DNA from: Bifidobacterium breve | Lineage (GTDB): Bacteria; Actinomycetota; Actinomycetes; S36-B12 | Length of the DNA stretch: 47,454 nt | NCBI GenBank assembly: GCA_945861925.1 | Contig: CAMAWO010000002.1 | Span: 1-47,454, forward strand | Direction of reading: 5' to 3' | In this document: positions 36,443 to 45,799 of the stretch, piece by piece | How positions within the stretch are numbered: the stretch's first letter is position 1 | Layout of the letters: each line of letters opens with the position of its first letter | Notes under the pieces: model-generated | What the model was told of the DNA's origin: nothing | What the model saw: only the letters and a program-made list of their open reading frames with translations | Database searches by the model: none | Program-made: the position numbers and the translations under genes

Positions 36443-37279
36443 TTAACCGAAACGTCCATTTACATAATCGAGTGTGCGCTCATCCTTGGGATTGCCGAAG
36501 ATCTCGGTGGTCAACCCCTGCTCGATGACTCGCCCTGGCTCATTCTCTGCCGCCAGGAAGAAGGCTGTGTTGTCAGCGACACGGACGGCCTGCTGCATGT
36601 TGTGGGTCACGATGACGATCGTCACCTCTTTGGAGAGTTGGCGGATTGTCTCCTCGATCTTCAGGGTCGACGCGGGATCGAGCGCCGAGCACGGCTCGTC
36701 CATAAGGAGCACGTGCGGCTGTACGGCGAGGGCCCGGGCGATCACGAGGCGCTGCTGCTGCCCGCCGGAGAGTTCGCCACCCGCGCGGTCGAGCCGATCC
36801 TTGACCTCGGTCCATAGACCCGCAGCCGTGAGCGTCTCCTCGACGATGTCGTCGTGGTTGCTGCGCTTCATCCCCGACAGTTTGAGCCCCGACAGAACAT
36901 TGCCGCGGATCGTCATGCTCGGGAACGGATTGGGCTTCTGGAAGACCATGCCTATCGCCAAGCGAATGTGCACCGGGTCGACGTCACGCGAGTAGATGTC
37001 ACGTCCCTCGTAGAGGATTTCGCCCGCCAGGGCGGAACCCGGGATGAGCTCATGCAACCGGTTGAGGGTCCGGATGAATGTCGACTTTCCGCAACCTGAT
37101 GGGCCGATAAGTGCGGTGACGGAATTCTTCGGAAAGGACATGTTCACGCCCTCAAGCACCTTGCGCTGGCCGAACCAAACGCTCACGTTCCGTGCTTCCA
37201 GCTCAGTCACCGCGGGAGGGGTGGGCATGGTCATCTCGGCCTCAAGGACATCAACACGTTCGGATTCGGCTGCGGACAT
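36443..37279 (-). CDS. pstB: phosphate ABC transporter ATP-binding protein
   Basis: Walker A GPSGCGKST, signature [15 protein letters not shown], Walker B LLMDEPCSALD. Start at ATG 37279, after GAAGGAG. Confidence 0.93.
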   Translation of the reverse strand: MSAAESERVDVLEAEMTMPTPPAVTELEARNVSVWFGQRKVLEGVNMSFPKNSVTALIGPSGCGKSTFIRTLNRLHELIPGSALAGEILYEGRDIYSRDVDPVHIRLAIGMVFQKPNPFPSMTIRGNVLSGLKLSGMKRSNHDDIVEETLTAAGLWTEVKDRLDRAGGELSGGQQQRLVIARALAVQPHVLLMDEPCSALDPASTLKIEETIRQLSKEVTIVIVTHNMQQAVRVADNTAFFLAAENEPGRVIEQGLTTEIFGNPKDERTLDYVNGRFG

Positions 37280-37293
37280 TGCGTGCTCCTTCT

Positions 37294-38376
37294 CTATCGG
37301 CCCAGACGCCCGCGACTGAGCACGCGGGCGAGGGTGAACAAAATGGCGACGAAAATCATGAGTGCGAGGGCCGCCCCCCAAGCCCGCGTCACGGCATCCG
37401 GGTACGGGAGGGCAACATTGTTAAAGATGTAGGTCGGAAGTGACGCGACCGGTGACCCCGTCGGGTTCAGGATCGTCTGGTCACTATTGCCCGCTGCGAG
37501 GAGAAGTGGTGCCGTCTCGCCGATGATTCGTGCGATACCGAGGATGATCGCGGTGACGATGCCGGTACGAGCTGCCGGGAGCACCACCCGAAAAACGGTC
37601 CGGGCGCGAGTCGAGCCGAGCGCGAGCGCACCGGTTCTCAGTTCATCCGGCACGAGGCGAAGGACCTCCTCGGCGGTTCGTGCGACGGTTGGCAGCATGA
37701 GGATGGCGTACGCCAGCCCACCAGCCAAAGCACTTTGAGTGAGCGCACCCGTGACGATGAGCGTCGTAAGGATGAACAGGCCCGCGACGACCGACGGCAC
37801 GCCACTCATCGACTGGACAAAGAAGCGGACGTACGGCACGGCGCGTCCGCGGACCTCCGTGATGTAGATGGCCGTCGCAATGCCGATCGGCACCGCGACA
37901 AGGGAAGCTAGGAAGACGATGAGCGCGGTGCCAAGAACCGCGTGCCCGATGCCGCCGTATTCCAGCGGTGTGCTCGGGCTGATGTAGATGTTGTTCTGGA
38001 GGAGGAAGGACGGAGACAGCGCCTCCCATCCCCGAACAATGAGGGAACCGAGGAGGGATAGGAGGATCACCAAACTGAAGACGGTCGCACCGATTGAACT
38101 CACGATGACGATTGAGTCGGCGATACCCCGTCGGCCGCGAGTGGCGAGGGAGGCGAGCGTGGATGCCACGAGTTGCAGTGGCAGGTAGATCGCCACCAAG
38201 AGCACCGGAGTGGGAATGCTACTCGTCTGCCATAGGAGCCCGGCGATTACGGCGGGGACCACGACCGCGAGTACGACCGACAACGTGAATTTGGGGGTTC
38301 GCTTGCGCCACGGCCGCTGCGGTCGCTGGTCTGCAAGATCTGGCAGTGTCGACGGATCAAGTGTCTGAGTGCTCAC
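37294..38376 (-). CDS. pstA: phosphate ABC transporter permease PstA
   Basis: 360-aa polytopic permease with an EAA-type loop (ALALGSTRARTVFRVVLPAA). Second permease in the operon; 4-nt overlap with pstC. Confidence 0.88.
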   Translation of the reverse strand: MSTQTLDPSTLPDLADQRPQRPWRKRTPKFTLSVVLAVVVPAVIAGLLWQTSSIPTPVLLVAIYLPLQLVASTLASLATRGRRGIADSIVIVSSIGATVFSLVILLSLLGSLIVRGWEALSPSFLLQNNIYISPSTPLEYGGIGHAVLGTALIVFLASLVAVPIGIATAIYITEVRGRAVPYVRFFVQSMSGVPSVVAGLFILTTLIVTGALTQSALAGGLAYAILMLPTVARTAEEVLRLVPDELRTGALALGSTRARTVFRVVLPAARTGIVTAIILGIARIIGETAPLLLAAGNSDQTILNPTGSPVASLPTYIFNNVALPYPDAVTRAWGAALALMIFVAILFTLARVLSRGRLGR

Positions 38377-39344
38377 TTCTGCAGCCGTCCCGTCCGGTTA
38401 ACGATCAGGTTTGCAATGACGTTGACGATGAGGGTCATGATGAAGAGGAAGAAGCCCGCGGCCAACAGCAGTTGAAGTTCGTAGGGACCGCTTATCTCCC
38501 CGAACCGCGACACAATCAGTGTCGCGACCGAGCCGCCACCGGACTCGATGATGTTGTACCAGTTCGTGTCGAACACGATCTTCAGGACGAAGAACACAGC
38601 AATGGTCTCGCCCAGCGCCCTGCCGAGCCCGAGCATGATGCCTCCGACGATGCCGCCGCGGCCATACGGCAGCGCGACGTACCGCAGCATGGTCCACATC
38701 GAGCAGCCCAGCGCCTCCGATGCGTTGACAAGGTCCGGGGGCGTCCTGCTTAGGACCTCCCGCGTCACCGAGGTGACGATCGGGATCATCATGATCGCCA
38801 GGACGAAACCGGCGATGAACGGCGTGCCAAGGAAATTGCCGGAGGTGTTTTGGAAGATCGGAATCCACCCCAGGTACTGGTTCAGGAGTTGCTGCCACAC
38901 CTCTGCTGTGGGGTTCAGGACGTAGAAGGCCCACAGTCCGAGGATGACACTCGGAATGGCCGCCATGAGGTCGATGAGGTTCGTGAGCATCGATGCCAGT
39001 CGCCGGGGCGCAAGGAACACCATGAAGATCGACATCATGAGCGAGGCAGGGACCGCGATGACGAGCGCGACTACCGCGAGCACGACGGAGCCGTAGAGCA
39101 TGCCCCAGATTCCTGCAGTGGGCGGATCTGTCTTGATGTCCCACGCGGTCGTGGTGAGGAAGGAAAGTCCCTGCGTCTGGAAGACGGGAATCGCCTGAGC
39201 ACCGAGGAAGATCGCGATGCCTGCGAGGACGATGAGCGCTGAGAATGCAGCCGCAGTGATGGTCCGGTTGAACACGCGATCACCGCGGTGGGCCGTTGCC
39301 GAGGCAGACAGGTTGCGTCGTTCGAGCAGATCAGGGTCGGCCAT
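38373..39344 (-). CDS. pstC: phosphate ABC transporter permease PstC
   Basis: 323-aa polytopic permease (SEALGCSMWTMLRYVALPYG). First gene of the pstCAB unit. Confidence 0.88.
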   Translation of the reverse strand: MADPDLLERRNLSASATAHRGDRVFNRTITAAAFSALIVLAGIAIFLGAQAIPVFQTQGLSFLTTTAWDIKTDPPTAGIWGMLYGSVVLAVVALVIAVPASLMMSIFMVFLAPRRLASMLTNLIDLMAAIPSVILGLWAFYVLNPTAEVWQQLLNQYLGWIPIFQNTSGNFLGTPFIAGFVLAIMMIPIVTSVTREVLSRTPPDLVNASEALGCSMWTMLRYVALPYGRGGIVGGIMLGLGRALGETIAVFFVLKIVFDTNWYNIIESGGGSVATLIVSRFGEISGPYELQLLLAAGFFLFIMTLIVNVIANLIVNRTGRLQK

Positions 39345-39383
39345 GACATGAGTGTGGCGACAATCAGCGTCCGACGAGTGGGC

Positions 39384-39427
39384 TATATGCGAACGCTTGC
39401 CAACAACTACGTGAACGGAAGATGAAC
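39384..39427 (-). promoter_or_regulatory. PHO-box-like array: four contiguous 11-nt units upstream of pstC
   Basis: The minus strand reads GTTCATCTTCC GTTCACGTAGT TGTTGGCAAGC GTTCGCATATA, 40-83 nt upstream of the pstC ATG. An 11-nt periodicity with a GTTCA core matches the actinobacterial PhoP direct-repeat-unit architecture recalled from Streptomyces. Confidence 0.5.
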
Positions 39428-39498
39428 GAGCTTCAGGCGCTCACGACGGTCACCGATTCCTCCTCAACAGCACTTTCCCCAACGGCTGCCCCGGCTTT

Positions 39499-40002
39499 CT
39501 ACGGCCGTTCGATTGTGTTCTTCACGCCCTTCGCACCCATGCTCACGACGAGCATCCGCACCGGCTCAGTGCCGGTGTTTGTTCCATTGCGCCAGGTGCC
39601 TACGGCTTCGAGTAGAGCGGTCCCGGCGCGATATTCCTTCACTATTCCTCCGTCGTATTCGACCGTAAGCGCGCCCTCGAGGACATAGACGTACATCGGC
39701 GTCGGGTTCTTCGCCCAGCCGGTCTCCTGGCCTGGCTCGATCACGATGATCGAACTGGAGATCTGTGCCTTGCCCTTGGTCGGATACCGGAGCGGCTGGT
39801 CGAGGACGGTAAGTCGCTGGCCCTCGAGGAGCATTCGCGAACCGCCCGTAGCGACGGCCTCCTGGCTCGGCACGCTCACGCCCGCGGGCTCGTCCGACCC
39901 GCAAGCCGTCACGGCCATCGCGATCAGGGCAAGTGACACGACACACAATGATGGAAATCTCCGCACATCCCGACGATAGCCGATCGCTTTCGGGACAGGC
40001 AT
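39499..40002 (-). CDS. cupin-domain lipoprotein
   Basis: Lipobox AVTAC. Cupin beta-barrel region (IVIEPGQETGWAKNPTPMYVYVLEGALTVEYDGG). Start uncertain: GTG 40008, ATG 40002 or GTG 39966. Confidence 0.6.
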   Translation of the reverse strand: MPVPKAIGYRRDVRRFPSLCVVSLALIAMAVTACGSDEPAGVSVPSQEAVATGGSRMLLEGQRLTVLDQPLRYPTKGKAQISSSIIVIEPGQETGWAKNPTPMYVYVLEGALTVEYDGGIVKEYRAGTALLEAVGTWRNGTNTGTEPVRMLVVSMGAKGVKNTIERP

Positions 40003-40011
40003 ACACACGCA

Positions 40012-40743
40012 GTGTGGTTGTATCCGCAGGTGGACATCCTCAGCTGGCTCAAGCCGGCACGTACTGTTCCGGTTACTCGCTGGCGCGCATCATCACGGTG
40101 GCGGGCCAAGCCTTCAACGCTGGCCATCCTCGTGCTGGGGCTCTACCTCTTTGGCACCGGCGATGCGCTGCTCGTTGTCTCAGGGCTTGGCGTGAGCCCC
40201 TGGACAGTGCTCGCTCAGGGGCTGGGAGATCAGCTGGGTATCTCGATCGGGCTCGCAACGTTCATCGTGAGCGCCGTGGTCCTCCTCTTGTGGATCCCGC
40301 TGCGCGAGGTGCCCGGTCTCGGCACAGTCGCCAACGCCATCGTCATCGCGATCGCCCTTCAGGTCGGCGTGACGTTCCTGCCGAGCCCCACAAACGTGTT
40401 CATCCAGTTCGCCTTCGTGATCGTAGGCATCCTCATCATTGGGCTTGGCAGTGGGCTGTACCTCACCACCCGCATGGGCCCAGGGCCGCGCGACGGCTGG
40501 ATGACCGGCATCCATCTGCGCACCGGGTGGCCAGTGAGCGCTGTCCGCCTCGGCATCGAGGTCGTGGTGCTCGCCGCGGGCTGGCTGCTCGGCGGAACCG
40601 TCGGCATCGGCACCGTGATGTTCGCGATCCTTATCGGCCCGTCGGTTGGCTACGGGCTCATGCTCGCGGGCGCAGTCGGAAGGGACCCGAATGCCGAGAG
40701 TCCCGTCGAACAGGACCCCGACTTCCCAGAACTCGACGCCTAA
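40012..40743 (+). CDS. YczE/YitT-like integral membrane protein
   Basis: GLYLFGTGDALLVVSGLGVSPWTVLAQGL is typical of the YczE-type family. About 6 TM segments. GTG start at 40012 is uncertain. Confidence 0.6.
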   Translation: MWLYPQVDILSWLKPARTVPVTRWRASSRWRAKPSTLAILVLGLYLFGTGDALLVVSGLGVSPWTVLAQGLGDQLGISIGLATFIVSAVVLLLWIPLREVPGLGTVANAIVIAIALQVGVTFLPSPTNVFIQFAFVIVGILIIGLGSGLYLTTRMGPGPRDGWMTGIHLRTGWPVSAVRLGIEVVVLAAGWLLGGTVGIGTVMFAILIGPSVGYGLMLAGAVGRDPNAESPVEQDPDFPELDA

Positions 40744-40756
40744 CCCCACCCCTCCC

Positions 40757-40788
40757 CCGTTTGTCCCATGACATGGGACGTTCGGCAG
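40757..40788. repeat. imperfect copy of the palindromic unit (CCGTTTGTCCCATgacATGGGACgttCGGCAG)
   Basis: Read directly. About 80 percent identical over 40 nt to the unit 60 bp downstream. Three central mismatches interrupt the stem. Confidence 0.8.
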
Positions 40789-40813
40789 AATCGAGGCCGA
40801 TTTGGGCAAAACT

Positions 40814-40848
40814 CTGCCGTTTGTCCCATGAAATGGGACAAACGGCAG
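40814..40848 (-). terminator. perfect 16-bp-stem hairpin, likely intrinsic terminator of the DEAD-box helicase gene
   Basis: CTGCCGTTTGTCCCAT-gaa-ATGGGACAAACGGCAG. On the minus strand it begins 6 nt after the helicase TAA and is followed by AGTTTTGCCC. Confidence 0.6.
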
Positions 40849-40854
40849 AGGGGG

Positions 40855-42351
40855 TTAGTTTGAGGTTCTGGGTGCCGGCTTGGTGCGCGGCTTCGCGCGC
40901 TTGGCCTGGAACCCTGCGGGCCGGCCGTCGTCGCGGCGATTCGTTGCCGGGAAGGCCTCGGCCCGACGCTCAGCGCGCGCCGGACGTGCCGGGCTCTCCG
41001 CGCGGGGCGGGCGGGCGAAACTGTCGGAGCGGGCCGGACGATCGGCGCGATCAGATCGCTCCGGACGGGACTGTCCCCCGCCAAACCGACTTGACCCACC
41101 CGGGCGGCTCGAGCCGCCCGCAGTGCGTCCGGTGCGATTAAATTCGCGCTTCGGTGAACGCTCCTTCGGCGGGTACCAGGCGATGCCCGAGGGCTCGCGC
41201 GCCCCGGTCACCTCAATGAGGTGCTCATCCCCCGGACGAATCCGCTTGACGGTCGGCTGAACACCAGCGCGACCGGTGAGCGCCGAGACCTGCCGCTGCT
41301 GCTTCGGCGAGGCGAGGGTGACAACCGTGCCTGACTCGCCAGCGCGTGCGGTGCGTCCGGCGCGGTGGAGGTAGTCCTTCGCATCATTCGGCGCATCGAC
41401 GTGGACGACGAGCGAGATCCCATCGACGTGGATCCCGCGAGCGGCAACGTCGGTTGCCACGAGCGCGGGCGTCAGGCCCTCGCGGAAGGCCGCCAGCGTG
41501 CGAGTTCGCACCGCCTGGGTCTTGCCGCCGTGCAGGGCGCCCGCGGCGATCCCCTTCGAGGTCAACTGGTCAGCGAGACGGTCAACGCCGGCTTGGGTGC
41601 GAACGAAGAAGATGGTCCGGCCATCGCGTGCTCCGATCTGCGCGGTGACCTCCTCCTTGTCACCGGGATGGACGATGAGGACGTGGTGGTCCATCGTCTC
41701 GACCGAGGCCTGCGCCGGTGCGAGCGAGTGCCGAGCTGGGTCCTTCATATAGGCGCGGATGAGCGCGTCGACATCACCATCGAGGGTCGCGCTGAAGAGA
41801 AGCCGCTGGCTGCGCGGACGCGTCTGGTCGAGGAGTTCGCGGACGATCGGCATGAACCCCATGTCTGCCATCTGGTCAGCCTCGTCAAGCACAGTGATGG
41901 CGACCTCGGAGAGATCGACAGCCCGACGGTCGACAAGGTCCTTCAGTCGGCCCGGGGTGGCAACGAGAATGTGCACTCCACGGTCGAGCGCCTGAATCTG
42001 CTTCGCGTAGGGCATGCCACCGACGATGAGGCGGATGCGCAGCCCACAGGCATCGGCGAGCGGCGCGAGGCCGTCACTCACCTGCATCGCGAGTTCGCGA
42101 GTCGGCACGAGGATGAGGCCATCGGGCTGTTGGGGGGTGGCGCGACGGCCCGAAAGCCGGGTGAGCATTGCAAGGCCGAATGCGAGGGTCTTGCCCGAGC
42201 CAGTCTGGGCTCGTGCGAGAACATCGCGGCCCGCGATCGCGTCGGGCAGGGTTGCCGTCTGGATGGCGAACGGCTCATTGATCCCGGCACGACTGAGCGC
42301 ACCGACCAACGATTCGGGCACGCCAAGGGAGGAAAATGACACAGAACTCAC
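40855..42351 (-). CDS. DEAD-box ATP-dependent RNA helicase with a basic low-complexity C-terminal tail
   Basis: Q motif region FAIQ, Walker A AQTGSGKTLAF, DEAD in LDEADQM, SAT, HRAGRTARAG. Start uncertain: in-frame GTGs at 42375, 42351 and 42342, and the ORF track starts at 42459. Confidence 0.88.
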   Translation of the reverse strand: MSSVSFSSLGVPESLVGALSRAGINEPFAIQTATLPDAIAGRDVLARAQTGSGKTLAFGLAMLTRLSGRRATPQQPDGLILVPTRELAMQVSDGLAPLADACGLRIRLIVGGMPYAKQIQALDRGVHILVATPGRLKDLVDRRAVDLSEVAITVLDEADQMADMGFMPIVRELLDQTRPRSQRLLFSATLDGDVDALIRAYMKDPARHSLAPAQASVETMDHHVLIVHPGDKEEVTAQIGARDGRTIFFVRTQAGVDRLADQLTSKGIAAGALHGGKTQAVRTRTLAAFREGLTPALVATDVAARGIHVDGISLVVHVDAPNDAKDYLHRAGRTARAGESGTVVTLASPKQQRQVSALTGRAGVQPTVKRIRPGDEHLIEVTGAREPSGIAWYPPKERSPKREFNRTGRTAGGSSRPGGSSRFGGGQSRPERSDRADRPARSDSFARPPRAESPARPARAERRAEAFPATNRRDDGRPAGFQAKRAKPRTKPAPRTSN

Positions 42352-42583
42352 GAAGAATCGTCCAATCGAAGACACATGCGTGTCTCGATAGCGATTCGGA
42401 TTCAATCGCGTTGGAGCCAAGACTCGCGTGCAGGTGCACAAGCACCATCGGGATACCACTGCGGCGCAGCGGCTAGCTAAAGGTACGCGAGAAGCGACGA
42501 ATCACGAAATCCAACGACGCGTAGGGTGTCGCCCGTGAGTGACGCGGCGACCGGGATCCTCGCGCACTCGGATCGGAGAAGTC

Positions 42584-43219
42584 ATGCACATTGAGGTCTG
42601 GTCTGACGTTGTGTGCCCGTGGTGCTACATCGGTAAGCGTCGGCTTGACGAGGCACTCGCTGGATTTTCAGGACGTGACGACGTCGCAGTCGTCCACCGT
42701 GCCTTCCAACTCGACCCGAGAGCGGTGAGCGAGGGGCGCCTCACCGTCGAGGTGATCGCCGACAAGTACGGCATGGACCTAGCCGGGGCTGCCGCGATGA
42801 TGGGCAACGTGAGCGAGGTGGCGGCCTCGGTCGGACTCGCCTACCACCTCGACGAGACGGTCAGCGGGAACACCCGCGACGCGCATCGCCTGCTGCTGTG
42901 GGCACAGTACAAAGGGCAATCGGCCGGCCTCCTCGAGGTGCTCTACTCCGGCTACTTTGAGTTCGGACGCGACATCTTCGACATCGACTCACTCTGCGAT
43001 CTCACATCCGAGTCTGGGCTTGATCCTGTCGCGGCGCGGACAATGCTCGAAGGCACCGGCTTCATTGATGACGTAGCCGCCGACCAGTCGCTCGCTGCCC
43101 AGTTCGGCGCGACCGGAGTCCCGTTCTTCGTCTTCGACCGCGCCTACGGAATCTCCGGAGCCCAGCCCCTCGAGGCCTTCATAGCGACCCTCAACAAGGC
43201 AGCCGAGGGCTCACCCTGA
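42584..43219 (+). CDS. DsbA/FrnE-family thiol oxidoreductase
   Basis: MHIEVWSDVVCPWCYIGKRR with a CPWC active site. ATG 42584 preceded by GGAGAA. Confidence 0.8.
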   Translation: MHIEVWSDVVCPWCYIGKRRLDEALAGFSGRDDVAVVHRAFQLDPRAVSEGRLTVEVIADKYGMDLAGAAAMMGNVSEVAASVGLAYHLDETVSGNTRDAHRLLLWAQYKGQSAGLLEVLYSGYFEFGRDIFDIDSLCDLTSESGLDPVAARTMLEGTGFIDDVAADQSLAAQFGATGVPFFVFDRAYGISGAQPLEAFIATLNKAAEGSP

Positions 43220-43818
43220 TGAGCCCTCGAATCTGGCTCATCCGACACGGCGAGACCGAGTGGAGCAAGGCCGGACGCCACACCGGCAGAACCGACATCC
43301 CCCTTACCGAGGCCGGCGAGGATCAGGCTCGGGTGGCAGGCAGGGAGTTGACCGATGTGTTGCCGGCACTCGTGCTGTGCAGCCCGCTCATCAGGGCGAG
43401 GCGGACCGCGGAACTCGCCGGGCTCACACCCGATGCCTTCGACGATGACCTCATGGAATGGGATTACGGAGCCTGGGAGGGCCTCACCACCACCGAGATC
43501 AGGATCCTTCGCGGTGATCCCGGCTGGCGGGTGTGGGACGAGCCGATCCCGCCGGGTGCCACCGCCGGATCAACACCCGGTGAACAGCTGAGCGATGTCC
43601 GAGTCCGGGCCGATCGCGTGATCGCGCGTTGCACGCCCGTCCTCGACGCCGGACGTGACTGCGTCCTCGTCGCCCACGGGCACCTGCTCCGAATTCTCAC
43701 CGCGACATGGCTTGACCTTCCTCCGGACGCGGCACGGCTGTTCGTCCTCGAGCCTGCGCATCGCTCCTCCCTAGGATTCGAGCGCGAGCAGCGAGTCATC
43801 ACGAGCTGGAACGCCTGA
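43219..43818 (+). CDS. histidine phosphatase (phosphoglycerate-mutase-like) family protein
   Basis: LIRHGETEWS RHG motif and a downstream VAHGHLLR. 1-nt overlap (TGATG) with the upstream gene. Confidence 0.8.
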   Translation: MSPRIWLIRHGETEWSKAGRHTGRTDIPLTEAGEDQARVAGRELTDVLPALVLCSPLIRARRTAELAGLTPDAFDDDLMEWDYGAWEGLTTTEIRILRGDPGWRVWDEPIPPGATAGSTPGEQLSDVRVRADRVIARCTPVLDAGRDCVLVAHGHLLRILTATWLDLPPDAARLFVLEPAHRSSLGFEREQRVITSWNA

Positions 43819-43879
43819 CTCGCACCCATGAGCAACGCATGACACACTCACGTCTCCCAATCTAGGAAGGCCCAGTCCG

Positions 43880-45508
43880 TTGAGCGACGAATACACGACC
43901 ATCCCCGAGCATCTGGTGCGCCGCTTTCGGGAGCTCAGGGTCGAACTCGGATTCGGTATCGTCGGCGATTACGCCCTACGACTATTCAGCGAGCTTGATG
44001 AACTGGGCTTCCCCATTCTCGTCACCGCTGACGAGCAGGGCGCCGGGTTCGCAGCCGATGCCTTCGCACGGCTGCGGGGATTCGGGGTCGTGGCCTGCAC
44101 CTATAGCGTCGGTGGGCTGAAGCTCGCGAATGCGGTCGCCAACGCCTGGGCCGAGCAAGTGCCCCTTCTTGTCATCTCCGGCGCCCCGGGGATGAAGGAG
44201 CGTGCGCCGGGCGCACTGCTCCACCATCGGGTGAAGGACTTCGACACCCAACTTCGGGTCTACCAAGACCTCACGATCGCGCAGGCCGTCCTTTCTGACC
44301 CGCGCATTGCCGCGAGTGAGATCGACCGCGTCATCGACCAGATTCTCACCGCGCAGCGCCCAGGATACTTGGAGATTCCTCGGGATCTCGTCGACACACC
44401 GATCACCAACGTCAGTGGGCCAATCCCCCGGACTTCCGCCGCTGTCAATCCTGAGAACCTCGCAGCAGCGGTCACCGATGTCGTTGACTCCCTCACCGCA
44501 GCCGGGACCACGGTGATCCAGGCGGGGGTCCTGGTGGGCCGCCGAGGGCTGAGCGAGCATCTCCTCGGAATCGCCGAACACCTCGGCCTGCCCGTTGCCA
44601 CGAGCCCGCTTTCCAAGGGCGTCTTCCCTGAGCGACACCCCCTCGCCATCGGTGTGTACCAGGGAGCGGTCAGCCCCGCCGATGTCGTCGAGCAGGTCGA
44701 AAGTGCCGCGCACATCATTCAACTCGGTGTTCTGCCGACCGACATGAACCTCGGGGCATACACGGCCCACCTCGACCCCAACCACCTCATCGATTGCACC
44801 GATGACGACGTCACCGTCGGGCCGCGCACCTACCGAAATGTCCCACTGGCCGCATTCCTTCCCGCCCTTCACGAGGCCGTCTCCGGCGGTAAAGATGCAC
44901 CGATGCCCGCCCCGCATGACGTACCGACCTTCACCCCCGACGGCGCGGCAGAGATCCACGTGGAGCGGCTCATCCACGCCGTCTCAGCGCACCTCGACGA
45001 GCGTCACGGAGTTCTTGTCGATCCGGGGGACTGCCTCTTCGCCTCGGTCGAACTTCCGGTGCCGGCCTGGTCGCTCGCCAGTGCCTACTACGCGACCATG
45101 GGCTATGCGGTCCCAGCGTCGCTCGGTGCCGGCAAGGCTGACCCAGACCATCGCCCGGTTGTGCTCACCGGCGACGGATCCTTCGCGATGTCGGGACTTG
45201 AAGCCGGATGGGCAGCCTTCAACGGCGTCTACCCGATCATTATCGTCATGGACAACAGCGGCTACGGGACCCAGCGGCCCATGCGTGACGGTCCATTCAA
45301 CGACATCGCACCGCTGAACATCTCCCGTCTTGTCGACGTCTTTGGCACCGGCCAAAGTTGGCGCGTGACGACCGAGGATGAGCTTGAATCAGCGCTCACC
45401 GACGCCTTCGCGAGCGATGGGCTCGCCCTCGTGCACGTCATCGTTCGCAAGGGATCGACGAGCCCCGCGCTCGCGAGGTTTGCCGCAGCACTGGCCAAGC
45501 GAGTCTGA
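43880..45508 (+). CDS. thiamine-diphosphate-dependent alpha-keto-acid decarboxylase (indolepyruvate/phenylpyruvate decarboxylase family)
   Basis: N-terminal Pyr domain (VGDYALRLF...DEQGAGFAADAFARL) and TPP-binding motif GDGSFAMSGLE...IIIVMDNSGYG. TTG start after AGGAAGG. Confidence 0.8.
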   Translation: MSDEYTTIPEHLVRRFRELRVELGFGIVGDYALRLFSELDELGFPILVTADEQGAGFAADAFARLRGFGVVACTYSVGGLKLANAVANAWAEQVPLLVISGAPGMKERAPGALLHHRVKDFDTQLRVYQDLTIAQAVLSDPRIAASEIDRVIDQILTAQRPGYLEIPRDLVDTPITNVSGPIPRTSAAVNPENLAAAVTDVVDSLTAAGTTVIQAGVLVGRRGLSEHLLGIAEHLGLPVATSPLSKGVFPERHPLAIGVYQGAVSPADVVEQVESAAHIIQLGVLPTDMNLGAYTAHLDPNHLIDCTDDDVTVGPRTYRNVPLAAFLPALHEAVSGGKDAPMPAPHDVPTFTPDGAAEIHVERLIHAVSAHLDERHGVLVDPGDCLFASVELPVPAWSLASAYYATMGYAVPASLGAGKADPDHRPVVLTGDGSFAMSGLEAGWAAFNGVYPIIIVMDNSGYGTQRPMRDGPFNDIAPLNISRLVDVFGTGQSWRVTTEDELESALTDAFASDGLALVHVIVRKGSTSPALARFAAALAKRV

Positions 45509-45556
45509 GACGGACGCGATGTATACTCAGAGACTGGAATGTACATCGGAGGTCCA

Positions 45557-45799
45557 ATGGCACTTCACATCGCGAACCCCAACGTCGTCTCGAAGGTCAA
45601 CCGACTTGCACGCGAACTCGGCCTGACGAAGACCGCTGTGATCGAGCAGGCCATTGACGAACTCGCACGAACAGCATCTTCAAGGGCTTTCACTTGCAGC
45701 CCCCCGTGGGAGGCCCTCCTCGTTGAATTCGACCGGATCCCCGATCTCGAGGATTCACGTGAGCCCCTCCTCTGGGATGCTCACGGACTGCCCGCGTGA
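45557..45799 (+). CDS. vapB: type II antitoxin, VapB / Rv0623-like family
   Basis: MALHIANPNVVSKVNRLARELGLTKTAVIEQAIDEL resembles the Rv0623-like antitoxin N-terminus. GGAGG RBS. The stop overlaps the vapC GTG (GTGA). Confidence 0.7.
   Translation: MALHIANPNVVSKVNRLARELGLTKTAVIEQAIDELARTASSRAFTCSPPWEALLVEFDRIPDLEDSREPLLWDAHGLPA

Noticed and set aside
39933-41141. 402-aa plus-strand ORF crossing the YczE-like gene, the palindromic spacer and the helicase 3' end
   Set aside because: It is extremely Arg/Pro/Gly-rich. It overlaps a convincing membrane-protein frame and runs through an intergenic palindrome, so it is not credible as coding.
40855-41200. Repetitive Arg/Pro/Ser/Gly-rich coding repeats at the helicase 3' end
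   Set aside because: Basic low-complexity C-terminal tails are a common feature of bacterial DEAD-box RNA helicases. This is not an independent element.
41365-42339. 324-aa plus-strand ORF
   Set aside because: It is antisense to the DEAD-box helicase core, which carries all helicase motifs.
43982-44977. 331-aa minus-strand ORF
   Set aside because: It is antisense to the TPP-dependent decarboxylase gene and has no motifs.
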